A stretch of DNA of 64,000 bases, from IMG/VR virus record IMGVR_UViG_3300014720_000001, positions 124,001-188,000 of that record. One strand, 5' to 3'. This document shows positions 1 through 11,800 of the stretch, in pieces. A program made the position numbers and the translations under genes. The stretch's first letter is position 1. The number at the start of each line of letters is the position of its first letter. The notes beneath the pieces were generated by a model that was not told where the DNA came from, did no database searches, and saw only the letters and a program-made list of their open reading frames with translations.

Positions 1-365
1 GCGTTTGCATACTGCGGATCGCCCCACCCCGTTTGCGGATCATCGGCGATCCACGGGTTGCCGGTAATAGGCGTGTCAGAGTTTTTATCGGCCTTTTGCC
101 ACGAGACCGTAATCGGATCTTCCCAACGGCCGGTTCTATAGGCATTAGCCGTAAATGTCGCGCTAAACGTGCACGACGCGTTTACGTCTGACGGATTTTG
201 CCCGATGCCAAAACCAGTCGTTTCGGGCGCGAGTACTGTCGGCCAGCTGGAACGAAGAAGGGCGTCGTTCGCTTCTTGCAGACCCCATACGCCGTTCGCG
301 CCAGAACGTTTCGGCAACGAGGTATCACGCGCACCGAAGCGCCCGCCAACACGACCGCGACTCAT
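1..365 (-). CDS. Partial structural/tail-associated protein (runs off window start)
   Basis: ATG at 365 overlaps the TAA of the upstream gene (TAATG); frame stays open to base 1: MSRGRVGGRFGARDTSLPKRSGANGVWGLQEANDALLRSSWP..., with a GVWxLxE...WP motif seen in phage virion proteins. Not in the ORF track. Confidence 0.6.
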   Translation of the reverse strand, partial: MSRGRVGGRFGARDTSLPKRSGANGVWGLQEANDALLRSSWPTVLAPETTGFGIGQNPSDVNASCTFSATFTANAYRTGRWEDPITVSWQKADKNSDTPITGNPWIADDPQTGWGDPQYAN

Positions 366-1369
366 TAGGCGATCTCCTCATACGAGCAAATGTAGTCGAG
401 CCGGTTATCCGCACTGGCAAAACAACTGATGCGGTCACCTTCTTCTAAATAAAGCGGATTCTCTTTTGATAATACAGCTAACGTGCCGCCGGCCGGAACT
501 GTGATTCTGTGCGCTATACGGCTTTCCGCGCCGATGAACGCACTCTGCGACGTTTTGATAACAGCCCCGCCAATACCTGTAATTGCATGCGGCGTCAACA
601 CGCTGTCCGTAAATGTCGTGGACCCATTTGCGCCGTCGGCGTGCATAAGCAGCACAGTGTTGGCGTTGTTATCTGGAAACGGCGCTGCCGGCGGCGTAAA
701 GTCACCGGAGTAGCGCGCAATCGTGCTGACGCGCAACTCTTCAAGATAACCATTCGCGTATTGTCCGTCCATGAGGCGGCCAATACGTGGATTATTATTG
801 TTTGCCGTGACTGTGCTTGTATTAACAAACGACACGCCGGTATCACGTATGCCGTCAACATAAAAACTTATGATGTTACTGGCACGACAAATAGCGACAT
901 GCGTCCAACGCTGCAGAAAGATTGGGATTGTTGAGTATTGTGTGCCGGGCGCATCAATCCACGCAAGGCGATAAAACCCGTTGTTTGTTACGTAAAATAA
1001 ATAACCCGTTTGATTTGCTGCCGCACGTGTTTCAAGCAAACAAAAATGATTAGGAAGTGAATCTAAGTACACCCATCCTTCAATTGTGAAATCGCCGGTA
1101 AACGTAAGCCCGGTATTGCTGTTCATCGTTAGATATCCGCTGTAGCCGTCAAAATACGCGGATGATGCGCCAGTAACGCCGCCGCGGCGCAGAACGGCAA
1201 TGACATCAGCATTTGCGGTGCCCGTAGTGTTACTGATTAACAGCGTGCCGACACGGAGCGATTTAAAACTGCCGCTTGGATTCAACAGCACATCAACGCC
1301 GTCAGCCGGAATTCTGCCTGTTACTGTCTTACCGTAAATCGCTGTTGTAGAAACAATGTTTGTCGGCAT
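365..1369 (-). CDS. LamG/concanavalin-A-like domain virion protein
   Basis: GDFTIEGWVY...WTHVAICR...FYVDG...GYLEELRVS LamG motifs followed by NTVLLMHADGANGSTTFTDS; start reset to MPTNIV at 1369, 1 nt after the collagen gene stop. Confidence 0.8.
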   Translation of the reverse strand: MPTNIVSTTAIYGKTVTGRIPADGVDVLLNPSGSFKSLRVGTLLISNTTGTANADVIAVLRRGGVTGASSAYFDGYSGYLTMNSNTGLTFTGDFTIEGWVYLDSLPNHFCLLETRAAANQTGYLFYVTNNGFYRLAWIDAPGTQYSTIPIFLQRWTHVAICRASNIISFYVDGIRDTGVSFVNTSTVTANNNNPRIGRLMDGQYANGYLEELRVSTIARYSGDFTPPAAPFPDNNANTVLLMHADGANGSTTFTDSVLTPHAITGIGGAVIKTSQSAFIGAESRIAHRITVPAGGTLAVLSKENPLYLEEGDRISCFASADNRLDYICSYEEIA

Positions 1370-1370
1370 G

Positions 1371-3731
1371 TCATCCTCCGAGAATAAGTGCAGCCCAAAT
1401 TGAAGGCGGTCCGGGCGGGCCTGATGGGCCGCCGCTAGGACCTGTTGGCCCGGCAGGTCCTGTTGGACCAATCGGCCCAGACTCACCGGTTAAACCGCGT
1501 GCGGCATATACAGGAACACCGCCAATTAAAATAACAGAAGGGTCAGTAGTGGCTTCAACCTCGGGTGGCGGGCCTGCGACGCCTGTCGCGCCCGTTGGAC
1601 CAGTGGGTCCGGTAGCGCCTTGCGCAGCATATACCAACACGCCGTCAACATAAATAGAATCGGACGTCGGGCCTGCTGTAACTGTAAGCCCGGGACCTGT
1701 CGCGCCGGTCGCTCCGGTCGGGCCGTCGATGCCTGTAGCGCCAGTTACACCTGCACCTGTGGCGCCGGTCGCCCCGGCCACACCTGTTGAACCGCGTAAA
1801 CCGCTCGGACCAATTAATCCTGATGGTCCTGTTACGCCAGTCGCGCCTTTCGTACCGGTGGCGCCGATAGCGCCGGATATACCTATAGGCCCGCTGGGTC
1901 CAGCCGGACCTGTCGCGCCGCGCTCACCTTGAATGCCTTGCGGACCAGCTGGCCCAACAATACCGGTCGCACCAACGGGGCCTTGAATGCCGATAACGCC
2001 TTGCGGGCCTGTTGAACCCCGCGGGCCGGTCGCGCCAGTTACGCCGGTAGATCCTTGCGCACCTGTCGGGCCAGTTGAGCCCTGTACGCCAGACGGGCCG
2101 GTTGGTCCGTCAACACCTGTCGGGCCAGTTACGCCTGTTGCGCCAACGTTTCCTGTTAAACCTGTAACACCAGTTGCGCCTTGCGGCCCAAGAACGCGCC
2201 CAATGTTTTGCCAGCTCGTGCCGTTCCACGTATAAGCGACACCTTCGGTTGCGTTTGCAGGTAGATCTTCATCGGTTAAAGCGCCGGCGCCAATGATCCA
2301 CGTGTCGCCAATAACGGGTGTACCGGCGGGCGGCCAACTCTGTAGCGTACCGTAGAACCGAATACCGACACCGCTCGCACCTGTCGCGCCAGTGAGCCCA
2401 GTTGCCCCGGTTGTCCCCTGCTCGCCCTGCGGGCCAGTGTTGCCGGTTATACCTTGCGGTCCTTGCGGCCCGGTAGCGCCCTGCGGGCCAGTCACGCCGA
2501 TCACGCCCGACGGACCGCCGGGAACAAACAGCTGCCAGTCGCCGGTGTTGTCAGCCGGGCTGATGCCGGTAACAAGCGGATTATCTACGCGGATATAAAC
2601 TGAGTTATTGAACGCCGCAAGGTCGTTTTCTCTGTAATCGCTTTCACTTTGATAATCACCGGTCCAGAGAAAACCAGCGCCGGCCGCTCCTGTGGCGCCT
2701 GTGGCGCCGGTAACACCAACGAGTCCAGCTACACCTGTCGCGCCCTGTACACCGCTTGCACCTGTCGGTCCTGCGACGCCGGTAGCGCCCACAACCCCGC
2801 TTACACCTGTTACACCTGTTGCGCCCTGAACGCCACTGGCTCCAGTTGGGCCGGCAACACCGGTAGCGCCCACATTACCCTGCGCGCCTGTTGCGCCCTG
2901 CACGCCGCTTGCGCCAGTCGGACCCGCAACGCCAGTAGCGCCGGCCGGGCCCTGTAAACCTTGCGGACCAGAAATACCTTGAGTGCCTTGTGGGCCCTGC
3001 GGTCCCGATAAACCCTGTAAACCTTGCGCGCCAGTTGGGCCTTGGATGCCGGTTGCGCCCGTAGCGCCGGCAGGCCCTGTTAATCCTTGCACGCCAGTGG
3101 GGCCGGGCTCGCCTGTCGGACCAGTGGGGCCTGTCGTACCCTGAATACCTGTCGCGCCAGTTGCGCCGGCTACGCCAGTTGGCCCGGCGACGCCAGTCGA
3201 ACCAGCGAAACCGCGCGGGCCCGTTTCGCCCTGCGGTCCTGTAGCGCCGCTTGCGCCAGTCGGGCCGGCAATGCCAGACGCACCAGTAGTGCCTGCAGGG
3301 CCTGTCGCGCCTGTGGGGCCACGTACACCCGTGGCACCCGTAGGACCGCTGACGCCCGGCGTACCGGCTGTACCCTGCGCGCCAGTAGCACCTGTTGCGC
3401 CAGACGCGCCAGCTGTTCCAGCAACGCCGGTCGCCCCGCTGGCGCCCGCTGGGCCGTCTACGCCCGTTGCACCTCTCGGCCCTGACGGACCCATGGCGCC
3501 GACCATACCGGCTACGCCTTGCGGCCCTGTCGCGCCAGCCGGGCCTACAGCACCTGTTGCGCCTTGCGGGCCTGTGGCGCCCTGCGAAAAGATATTTAAA
3601 GCAGCCAGCAGATTGCCGACTGTGGTTTTTTTCGTAGTGGGAAGCTCTGCCTGCTGATCGACAATTGCGATTAAATCGTCAGCGCCCGGTATTGGTTTAC
3701 TGGGCAGGTCAGATATGCGCTTTTTAGCCAT
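1371..3731 (-). CDS. Collagen-like (Gly-X-Y) tail fibre protein
   Basis: Long GAT/GPT/GPQ triplet tracts interrupted by small globular inserts; N-terminal KKRISDLP motif. Confidence 0.85.
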   Translation of the reverse strand: MAKKRISDLPSKPIPGADDLIAIVDQQAELPTTKKTTVGNLLAALNIFSQGATGPQGATGAVGPAGATGPQGVAGMVGAMGPSGPRGATGVDGPAGASGATGVAGTAGASGATGATGAQGTAGTPGVSGPTGATGVRGPTGATGPAGTTGASGIAGPTGASGATGPQGETGPRGFAGSTGVAGPTGVAGATGATGIQGTTGPTGPTGEPGPTGVQGLTGPAGATGATGIQGPTGAQGLQGLSGPQGPQGTQGISGPQGLQGPAGATGVAGPTGASGVQGATGAQGNVGATGVAGPTGASGVQGATGVTGVSGVVGATGVAGPTGASGVQGATGVAGLVGVTGATGATGAAGAGFLWTGDYQSESDYRENDLAAFNNSVYIRVDNPLVTGISPADNTGDWQLFVPGGPSGVIGVTGPQGATGPQGPQGITGNTGPQGEQGTTGATGLTGATGASGVGIRFYGTLQSWPPAGTPVIGDTWIIGAGALTDEDLPANATEGVAYTWNGTSWQNIGRVLGPQGATGVTGLTGNVGATGVTGPTGVDGPTGPSGVQGSTGPTGAQGSTGVTGATGPRGSTGPQGVIGIQGPVGATGIVGPAGPQGIQGERGATGPAGPSGPIGISGAIGATGTKGATGVTGPSGLIGPSGLRGSTGVAGATGATGAGVTGATGIDGPTGATGATGPGLTVTAGPTSDSIYVDGVLVYAAQGATGPTGPTGATGVAGPPPEVEATTDPSVILIGGVPVYAARGLTGESGPIGPTGPAGPTGPSGGPSGPPGPPSIWAALILGG

Positions 3732-3786
3732 CGTGCTATCCCTGCAGACAGAATGCCTGCCCTATAAAATAGCATATTCAGGCCAA

Positions 3787-4050
3787 TCAGTCGCCGAGTG
3801 TTTTATCCACGTCTTGAAACAGTTTGCTAAGCCGATAGTCGCTGTCGTAACGGGAGTAAGACCGCCGGCGCAGCCTGTGAATTTGCCAGCTGCGGCGGGG
3901 ATAAAACCGATACCGGCGAAAGCGCAACGTGTGATAGTGCCGGCGGTCTAATTTGGGCCACGCGTTATACCAGTAAATCTTTCGCGCGGCCCAGTGCAGC
4001 ACAGCGCCTACGACAGCGCCCGTTAGAAAACACAACACGAGCGGCAGCAT
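3787..4050 (-). CDS. Small membrane-anchored, Arg-rich hypothetical protein
   Basis: ATG at 4050 preceded by AGGAG; N-terminal hydrophobic helix. Confidence 0.55.
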   Translation of the reverse strand: MLPLVLCFLTGAVVGAVLHWAARKIYWYNAWPKLDRRHYHTLRFRRYRFYPRRSWQIHRLRRRSYSRYDSDYRLSKLFQDVDKTLGD

Positions 4051-4072
4051 TACAAACTCCTGTGGAACTATG

Positions 4073-4219
4073 TTAACGAGACGCGGCGTAATACATGCCG
4101 ACGTTGCTGAGCGCGTAACCGAAAAAAGCAAGCGCAAGGCCGGGGTTGTTACGGCGCCATTGCTCACCAGCGCAGTACAGGTATACCAGCGCGACACCTA
4201 GAAGCAACCAGCCACTCAT
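4073..4219 (-). CDS. 48-aa two-helix membrane protein
   Basis: Read by hand: MSGWLLLGVALVYLYCAGEQWRRNNPGLALAFFGYALSNVGMYYAASR*; fills the gap between neighbours; below ORF-track cutoff. Confidence 0.65.
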   Translation of the reverse strand: MSGWLLLGVALVYLYCAGEQWRRNNPGLALAFFGYALSNVGMYYAASR

Positions 4220-4240
4220 AGCTTTCAACTAGATCCGTTG

Positions 4241-4642
4241 TTAGAGCGTTGCGGCTTCACGAAACGCCTGATCGAGTTGCAGTTCAGTCATACCTAATGC
4301 CTGCGCCATAGGTACGAGCCACGGATGCGCGCGCTCAACGTAGGGCGCATATTCCCATTCCACGCGCACGCTGTCACGCGTTTGTTGGTCGGGAATAGCG
4401 TCAATGGCTGTTTCAACTGTCGCGAGAGAAATACCGTTGCGGACGAGCCACAAACGAATCTGACGCGCCGATACGGATTCTGGTACAGGAGAATTGTCGG
4501 GCGCGTATTCCCAACCTTCTGGTAGTTCGTCGTTTGGTACGGCTGTGCAACCTTCCGGCGGCTGCCAACCTTCCGGCACATCAAGCCGCACAAACGTCAC
4601 GACTTTGCCGGCGCTGTTCAAGATTGCAAGTGAGTCTGCCAT
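4241..4642 (-). CDS. Tail-fibre-associated (chaperone-like) protein
   Basis: VPESVSARQIRLWL...VEWEYAPYVERAHP...LDQAFREAATL, a type commonly found just downstream of phage fibre genes. Confidence 0.65.
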   Translation of the reverse strand: MADSLAILNSAGKVVTFVRLDVPEGWQPPEGCTAVPNDELPEGWEYAPDNSPVPESVSARQIRLWLVRNGISLATVETAIDAIPDQQTRDSVRVEWEYAPYVERAHPWLVPMAQALGMTELQLDQAFREAATL

Positions 4643-4644
4643 TG

Positions 4645-5976
4645 TTAACTCCACACCGTGATACGCACATATCCGTTTGACCCGTTACCACCAGCACCGG
4701 AATTAAATCCGTTGGCAGACGCACCGCCTCCGCAGCCGCCATAACCAAAACCTACTGCGTTAGCTCCAGCAATTGCCGCAGCCGACGAAGATGCCGCGCC
4801 GCCGGAAATAGTTGCGCCAATTTGCGTTGTAGACGCAAAAAAAGTCGCCGGCAGCGTTAACGCTCCTACAGCGTACGCGACGCTGGCGCCGTCAAGGGAG
4901 CCGCCGGCTACGCCGCCTAAAACAGTATTACCTGTGACTGATATACCGCTGGGATAATTCCCCAACGCGCTCAGCGCTGCAGCCTGACCAGATGTGCCGC
5001 GGTAGGTGACAATACGGTTGCTAACAGCTGTACCAGCAGTACCCGCCGTAGTCGAGCCACCGCCTCCGCCCAGTCCAAGCTCTGCTGTAAATACGGAAGA
5101 GCTACTGCTATTAAATGTTACAGTTGTTTGAGAACCGTTACCGCCGTTATTTCCGTTTGTGTCGTCCGCGGTGACGGCCGCGCCGCCAGCGCCAGCCGAA
5201 CCAACCGTGATTGAAATAGCTGTTTGAACTAATGACGCTAAAACGGTGGTGTGTATTACGCCGCCGGAACCGCCGCCGCCACCACCATAACGCGCTGTGC
5301 CGGCCGCTCCGCGCCTGCCGCTCCCACCGCCGCCACCACCACCAATCATAAAAAATTCAACAAGTTTGGCGCCAGCAGGCAGCGACCACGTATAAGCACC
5401 AGCGCTGCCGGTTGCCGTTGCCGGGGCGCTGGACGTGGTGAATTCAAAAATTTGCGCTTTTGTGATCGTAACAGCACCGTTGCTGCCGTCGACGCTAGTA
5501 ACCGGCGGCGCGTCCACACGCCACACAGCGCTGGTTGCGTCATACACAATGCGAGCGGCGCCGTTTGGATTCAAAACAAAATTACCAGCCCACGCGGTCG
5601 AAAATCGATTTCCCGCTGAACTGTTAGATGAATTGTGCGCTAAAGTGATCGCGTTAGATCCAACATTAACCAACGTTTCAGTTTGTCCGTCATATCCCGC
5701 AACAACGCCTGAAATTGTGACGGGCGTCGAGGCCGTAAAGCGAAAGATGTCGGCTGTGGTTGGGAGCGCGTAATTGTTTTGATCGGCCGCAAGCGCTGTG
5801 GGGCTGTTTACCAGCGGGTCAGTAGAATAACGAAGAGAATTCCATGCCGTTGTGCCGTCGCCGATTTTGACTTTGCGCGTGTCAGTTTCAAAACCCGGTT
5901 CGCCAGCGGCGAGCGTCAAATTTAGCGCCGCCATGCTGGCCGCTGTGCCGCGCTTAAGTTGAATCTGTGTGGGCAT
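4645..5976 (-). CDS. Tail fibre protein with Mtd/hyaluronidase-type N-terminus and Gly-rich C-terminal domain
   Basis: IQLKRGTAA...LAAGEPGFETDTRKVKIGDGTTAWNSLRY; C-terminal GGGGGGGSG...GGNGSNGYVRITVW. Confidence 0.8.
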   Translation of the reverse strand: MPTQIQLKRGTAASMAALNLTLAAGEPGFETDTRKVKIGDGTTAWNSLRYSTDPLVNSPTALAADQNNYALPTTADIFRFTASTPVTISGVVAGYDGQTETLVNVGSNAITLAHNSSNSSAGNRFSTAWAGNFVLNPNGAARIVYDATSAVWRVDAPPVTSVDGSNGAVTITKAQIFEFTTSSAPATATGSAGAYTWSLPAGAKLVEFFMIGGGGGGGSGRRGAAGTARYGGGGGGSGGVIHTTVLASLVQTAISITVGSAGAGGAAVTADDTNGNNGGNGSQTTVTFNSSSSSVFTAELGLGGGGGSTTAGTAGTAVSNRIVTYRGTSGQAAALSALGNYPSGISVTGNTVLGGVAGGSLDGASVAYAVGALTLPATFFASTTQIGATISGGAASSSAAAIAGANAVGFGYGGCGGGASANGFNSGAGGNGSNGYVRITVWS

Positions 5977-6000
5977 GGGTATTTTCCTTGAACGGGTTTT

Positions 6001-6029
6001 ATTCTATCAATTTGCGGGAAGGCGGTAAA
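6001..6029 (-). promoter_or_regulatory. Possible sigma70-type promoter
   Basis: Minus strand TTTACC-N17-TAGAAT with extended -10 TG, 25 nt upstream of the 5976 start; overlaps a GGCGGT/ACCGCC hairpin. Confidence 0.4.
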
Positions 6030-6049
6030 TAAACCGCCAACGACACAAA

Positions 6050-8626
6050 CTACTGTCCTCGGTTTAATGTGTTGCGAAAAGTTACAAGTGCGTCATGGTA
6101 AGCGGTGCGCCCCTCTGCTGTTGTAAACGCGGCGCCAAGAGAATACGAATCAATCCAATGAGGGCTGTAGCCAACAAAACCCGTACCAGTCTGCTCGCCG
6201 GTAAAAACATAAAACTGCGTTGTTTCTGTTGACACATATGCCCCCGCGCCGCCGCCAAACGCGCCTAAATCAATATTTCTTGCAAAACTTTGCAGTACTG
6301 AACCATTGGCGGTTTGCGCTAAAAACTGCGTGCGCCCCGTTGCCGGTGCCGCAGACCCTGTAGGTTGAAACCCAACGCTAAACAAAGCCACGCGGGGCCG
6401 ACTAACGCTGTTTGAGGTTGGCGTGTAAACAGCTTCTAACGCTAACGAGTTTGATAAATTAGCGCGAGACGAAAGTTGATGCGTAATGCCTTCTGTTGTG
6501 GGCAAAAAACTGACAAACATGTGAACGAGATTTGACCCAAGAAACGTCATCGGCAAACCCGTAGCAAGGTATTTGCTGCTGCCGTTGCCTTTCAGGCCGC
6601 CGCTTGAGCCGCGTTCATTGTAATCAGTTGCAAGAAAATTAACATTTGTGTCTGTCGTGTTTCCAAATTGCGTACCGCTCAAACTTGGACCACGATACAG
6701 CGGCGTTAAACAGGCTTGCAAATTAGTCCCACAGAACAAGTTAAGCCGATAAAACCGATCACGAATACCGGCGGCGTCGATGGCGTTGCAAAACGTGTTG
6801 ACAGCGTTGGCGGTGCTTTGCGACACAGTACCGCCGTTTGCGTACGCGCGGTTAATCCAACTTTGAGCGTCGGCATTTGCCACGATTGGCGGCGCAATTG
6901 AAATACCCCAGCGGTCGGCCAAGTACCGCACGACTGCTGTACGCTCTGCAACTGACACTACGCGCTGAAACGCAATTAACTCACAAATATGTCCCGTAAA
7001 ACTATTGGTGCCGCCGTCTGACGAGCCAAGACTTGTTACAAAATTTGCTAAACCAAAATTACCACCATTACCGAGCGCAGACGCCGGTGTTGGTGTGATA
7101 TCTGCGCCATTAAAAAGTAACGTAACGCTAACGGGGGTTGTTGTCGTTGCGGTTTTTTGCACGACATATATTTGCGCAGCATTATTATGCACCGGAAACG
7201 CGGGTGTTGCGCCGGCATGATACCAATATAAAGCTGATGCGCCGCCAAACGTTTGAGACAGCAACGCGTACTCAAACGTCGGGCCGCGGTAACCAATCGC
7301 CACGCGACCCGCTATACCAGATGTTTGAGTTGTCTCACGAATAACAACAAACACAGAGAACAACTCATTGTTGTTCGCTGGCATGTTTGAAATTGCTAGC
7401 CGCTGTGCGTTTGCGGCCGTAGAAGAACCCGTGAACAACAGCGTATTTCTATTGTTCGCCGCCACTGCTCTTATTGGCCTGTTCGCTGCTGTTGGTTGCG
7501 TCGCATGCCTGTTATTGCCAGATTTGTCGAGCCACGCACCAACGGGGTCGCTTGTCGCGCTGGCGGTGACTGTACTGTGAACGTTAGATACGCCCCATTT
7601 TGCCGCAAGATATTTTTCTACGCGCACACGGTCTTGCGTAGACAGCGCCGCGCTGTAAGCAATAACTTCAGCGATGTCGCCGTTTAGCGGGTGCGGGTAC
7701 GCGTTGCCGCCTGCGCCGTCACTCGTACTAATACTGCCAATAACAAAGCCATTGTTTGTTGGGCTACTTGAAAAAGTAAATGAGTTGTCAATAGCTATTT
7801 GCGCGGCACCAACATTGCGTAACTCAGCAATTGCAGACGCCGATGAAATTAAAAGTGACGTAATAAACGTGCCTAACGTATCGGTTGTTGCGCCGACGCC
7901 CGGATACATAGTCGTGCTTGATCCGCCTAAAGCGCGAATTGCCGCGCTGTTAGAATTTGTTGTCAAACAAAAAAGGCTGTCACTGTCGTACGAGTTTGTG
8001 GCTGGTTTAGAAAGAGAAAACAAACCACCGTCGGCTTGTGTGTTGTCTTTTCGCGCTACAACGAACAACGTCACGGGGCGAACAAAATTTGCCGCAGACG
8101 CGTCGTAGTTTAAGCGGTCGTTACTGCCGTCGAAACGGATAACGGATTTCGAATTTAAACTGTTTGTAACTAACGTAGGGCGTAAATTTGTATTTGTTTG
8201 CGTTACGTGCCGTGTGCCTCCGCTTTTATCTTGCCAGCGCGCTACCGTGCCGCCGTTAACAACTTGACTCCCGCCGCTCGTTGCGTCAAACATGGTCGTT
8301 GTGTCGGCACCGTCAAGCCACAAAATACAGTTGGCGATGTCCAAAGGGCTCGTCGCAGCGGAGAAATTTGCGGCTTCTGTTTGATACAAAGTAGAAGTAT
8401 CAGACGAGTCGAGCCACAGCGCCAGATTAGATATGTTTAACGGCGTAAACTGCTCGCCGCCGTCTGCCACGCTAGGCTCTGTCAATTCCACGACAGTCCC
8501 AGCGGTTGTGCGCGTGTAGGCTTTTCCGTCGGCCGTGTTGAGCGCAATTTCGCCCACGGTCAACTGAGAAGCCAGCGGTGCAATACCGGCGTTGGCGTTG
8601 CGTTTATGATAGATATTATTCGGCAT
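6050..8626 (-). CDS. Modular tail/receptor-binding protein (LamG-like modules plus one NADAQ..RDRFYRLNLFCG module)
   Basis: N-terminal HKR..GEIALNTADG; LWLD.SD / W.DKSG / GDIAE / YLA.KWG lectin-like repeats. Confidence 0.75.
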   Translation of the reverse strand: MPNNIYHKRNANAGIAPLASQLTVGEIALNTADGKAYTRTTAGTVVELTEPSVADGGEQFTPLNISNLALWLDSSDTSTLYQTEAANFSAATSPLDIANCILWLDGADTTTMFDATSGGSQVVNGGTVARWQDKSGGTRHVTQTNTNLRPTLVTNSLNSKSVIRFDGSNDRLNYDASAANFVRPVTLFVVARKDNTQADGGLFSLSKPATNSYDSDSLFCLTTNSNSAAIRALGGSSTTMYPGVGATTDTLGTFITSLLISSASAIAELRNVGAAQIAIDNSFTFSSSPTNNGFVIGSISTSDGAGGNAYPHPLNGDIAEVIAYSAALSTQDRVRVEKYLAAKWGVSNVHSTVTASATSDPVGAWLDKSGNNRHATQPTAANRPIRAVAANNRNTLLFTGSSTAANAQRLAISNMPANNNELFSVFVVIRETTQTSGIAGRVAIGYRGPTFEYALLSQTFGGASALYWYHAGATPAFPVHNNAAQIYVVQKTATTTTPVSVTLLFNGADITPTPASALGNGGNFGLANFVTSLGSSDGGTNSFTGHICELIAFQRVVSVAERTAVVRYLADRWGISIAPPIVANADAQSWINRAYANGGTVSQSTANAVNTFCNAIDAAGIRDRFYRLNLFCGTNLQACLTPLYRGPSLSGTQFGNTTDTNVNFLATDYNERGSSGGLKGNGSSKYLATGLPMTFLGSNLVHMFVSFLPTTEGITHQLSSRANLSNSLALEAVYTPTSNSVSRPRVALFSVGFQPTGSAAPATGRTQFLAQTANGSVLQSFARNIDLGAFGGGAGAYVSTETTQFYVFTGEQTGTGFVGYSPHWIDSYSLGAAFTTAEGRTAYHDALVTFRNTLNRGQ

Positions 8627-8846
8627 CTTCCACGCTGCTCTGTTTGGGCTGCTCGTCGGTTGGAGTCAGGGTCGCCAGCCATTCGCCATAGGTTTCCCAC
8701 GTCTGGCCGGGGCCGCAGTCTGTCAGTAGGTCAGCGCCAACAAGCATGCTGCCCTGCTCACCTTCAACGGCTTGGATCTGCCGGTCAGTGTGGTGGGTGT
8801 TTAATTCTGCAAGAACGTCAAGATCAGGAACGATAAGCCAGTTCAT
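8616..8846 (-). CDS. Small acidic hypothetical protein
   Basis: ATG with GAGGAG upstream; sits between tail paralogues. Confidence 0.6.
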   Translation of the reverse strand: MNWLIVPDLDVLAELNTHHTDRQIQAVEGEQGSMLVGADLLTDCGPGQTWETYGEWLATLTPTDEQPKQSSVEDAE

Positions 8847-8856
8847 AGGGTTCTCC

Positions 8857-11800
8857 TCAAGTTACAGCCCGACTTAAAGCAGACTGAAAGTTTTGCATGG
8901 CGGTGTTGTAGGCTGCTACAACGTCATTAGTTAAATGCAACCCAACGCTATATGCCGCAAGCAGTTGATTGCTGTACAAAGATATCGAGTATGTTGTACC
9001 GTCCACGGCCTGCGAGTTACGCGCAAATACGGCAAACGGTAGAGAAATCGCCACTACCTGTTCGGTGGCAGCGTTGTCTTGGCTAAATTGATCGTTACGA
9101 AACGCCCGTACGAACTGGCTGCCGGTATTAAACGTGCGCGTAACTCCTAGCAGCGCGTTATGCGTTCCGGGCGCGCCGAAGGAGCCACTTCTGCCGCCCG
9201 CACCATTTCCGCCGCCACCAAACTCCCAAACTTGATTTTGAGCCGCGGCCGCCGCACGAATACCGGCGCCAAGTAGCGCGCCGCTATTGACCGGCGTACG
9301 TTTGTAAACCGACAGATGCGAACCAAGATTTAACGCCACCCACGCGCTCGGCGCAATACCGGTTTGCAAATACTTACTGCTTCCGTTCCCTAACAGCCCG
9401 CCGCCAGAACCAGATTCCACGTAATCCGCAGACGAGAAATTAACATTCGTGTCTGTCGCGTTTCCAAGTTGCGTAGCAGTTAACGCCGGTCCTCTGTATA
9501 GCGGCACAAGACACGCAGTCAGATTATCGCCGCAGAATAGATTGAGGCGGTAGAAGCGGTCACGGATACCGGCGGCGTCAATCGCGTTGCAGAAGTTATT
9601 GACAGCCGCTGCGGTGCCGGGCGAAACAGTGCTGCCAGCCAGATACACGCGGTTTAGCCAATCTTGCGCGTCGATGTTGGCTACCTGCGGGACAATATTC
9701 AGTCCCCACTTAGTCGCCAAGTATTGTTCAACGCGCCGCCGCTCGGCCGCCGTTAAAACGCGGGAGTATGTGATTAGTTCAGCGATATCAGCCGCGAGCG
9801 GGCCGCCGCCTTGCGTCGAGGGATTGTACGCACCCATTTCAATTGCACCCGCGTCGGTGCCAGTGCCAGTTACGGGATCAGCGTCTGCTAATACGCTATT
9901 GACGTATAAGGCTGTGGTGCCGCTCGTCAGAGTACCGCTAAAAAGCGCAGGCGCGGTTACGCCCAACGCCCCGGCAGGAGTAAACACGGATTTATTTGTT
10001 CCGCCCGTGAGCCACATTACGCCGTTGTCGACCATGAGGTTCGGGCCTTGGTTAGACGTTCCCGCGCCTAAAATTGTGCCGAATCCGCCGCCGCCTCCGC
10101 CGCCCCACGTAGTCGGGCCGCGCTTCACGACCGCAAACAACGACATTGTTTGTCCCATGCCCGCGCTGGTCGTAGTTCGCAAACGAGACGTTGAACCATT
10201 CCACGTTAACGTATTACGGGCGTTAATTGTCGTCGCAGAAATAGTCGGACGATTTGCTGCGGTCGTTTGCGTAGCGTGGCGGGCGTTACCAGATTTATCG
10301 TACCAAGCACCTACACCGGGTGTTGGCTCAATTCCGCTTGTTCCGCCCCATTTCGCGGCAAGATACTTTTCAATACGGGCGCGATCGGTCGCTGACAACG
10401 CGACGTTAAAAACAATGAGTTCGGCAATGTCGCCGCTAAAGAAACCGTACGTGCCGCCGCCTTGCGTTCCAACATTAACAGGCAACGCTGTCGCAGGCGT
10501 ATTTCCAGCGTCCATGTACGCCGTGTCAGTACCGAAAGAGACTCCGCGAGAAAAACCAGTAAGTGTCGTTGTCGGATGATTAACGACTGACGACAAAACG
10601 TAAGTGCCGCCGAGAGTAAGCGTGCCACTAGCTGCTGTAACGCTTCTGAGCGTTTCTGCGCCAGTTCTGCGTCCGCCTATAAACGGGCGGCTGTCTTGTT
10701 GCCCTAAACGGTAAATGACTGTACCGCCACCAAAACCAAGCACAAACCGCTCGCCGGCCGCGACGCTATTCGGGCGCACAACCGCAAAACACGTATAACC
10801 CGTGATGTTTTGAATGGCGGTTTGCGCAGCTGAATTACCGGTTAGCGTATTGGCTACTCCGTCAAAAGTTAAAACAGAACGGCTATTAATCGTGGCGGTA
10901 TACGTCGGGCACGCGGTCAAAGCCGCCGTGAAATTTCGCGCATTTCCGCTTTTATCAGCCCACTGCGTCACAGCGTTGCCGGAAAGCGTAACTGTTGCGG
11001 CGTCAGCTGCGTCGAGCCACAGCGCGCAATTTCCGATATCTGTAGGGCTACTTACAGCCGGTATTAACTGCGACAACTGTTGATGCAGCTCAGTGATGCC
11101 CCATTTATTCGCTAGATAACGCTCAAGTCGCGCCAAATTGGTCGACGACAACGCGGACGAAAACTGTAACACTTCACAAAAATACACGTTTTGAAACGAA
11201 CCGGCCGCGTTTTGACGCCCGCCAAAAATGACGCCATTTGCGTTTATTGCTGTCGCGGCCGCTGAACCTGACGCAAGTTGAAACCCGTTATGGCGCAGCG
11301 TGACGGTAGCGTTGTTATTCGTCCAGCCCGTGATAAAACGCTGCCCGAGCGTCGGCGTAACAGCAGGTAAAAGCTGTATGTAACCGCCAGAACTATTGGA
11401 GTACCAATAAAGCATGCCGCCTTGCACCATAATCGACGCCGTGGCGTTTAAACCGATTGTGGCGGAACCGTTTCCCGGCGTAGTAAACCACTGACCGACA
11501 AATAACCACGTGTGCGTAGAAGAACCGGTGACACTTGCGTTTAACAGGTCGTCAACGCCGTCAAATAAAACGGCGTTTCGATTATTAACGGATGCTAGTT
11601 TAAGTAGCGGCCGCGCGGTTGACGTTGCCTGTGTGGCCGCGGGCCGGCCTGATATTTTATTAGCCCAGCGCCCTACGGGAGCGTCGGCGGCAGTGGCGGG
11701 TATTGTTCCTGCGCTATCCTGAAACAGCGTGGACGCGTCGCTTGCGTCCCACCAACCAACACAGCCGGCAATGTCTGTCGGGGCTGTGACTGCAGTGACT

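Noticed and set aside
1400-3580. Highly repetitive GC-rich DNA as a non-coding repeat array
   Set aside because: The 9-nt periodicity is fully explained by Gly-X-Y collagen codons.
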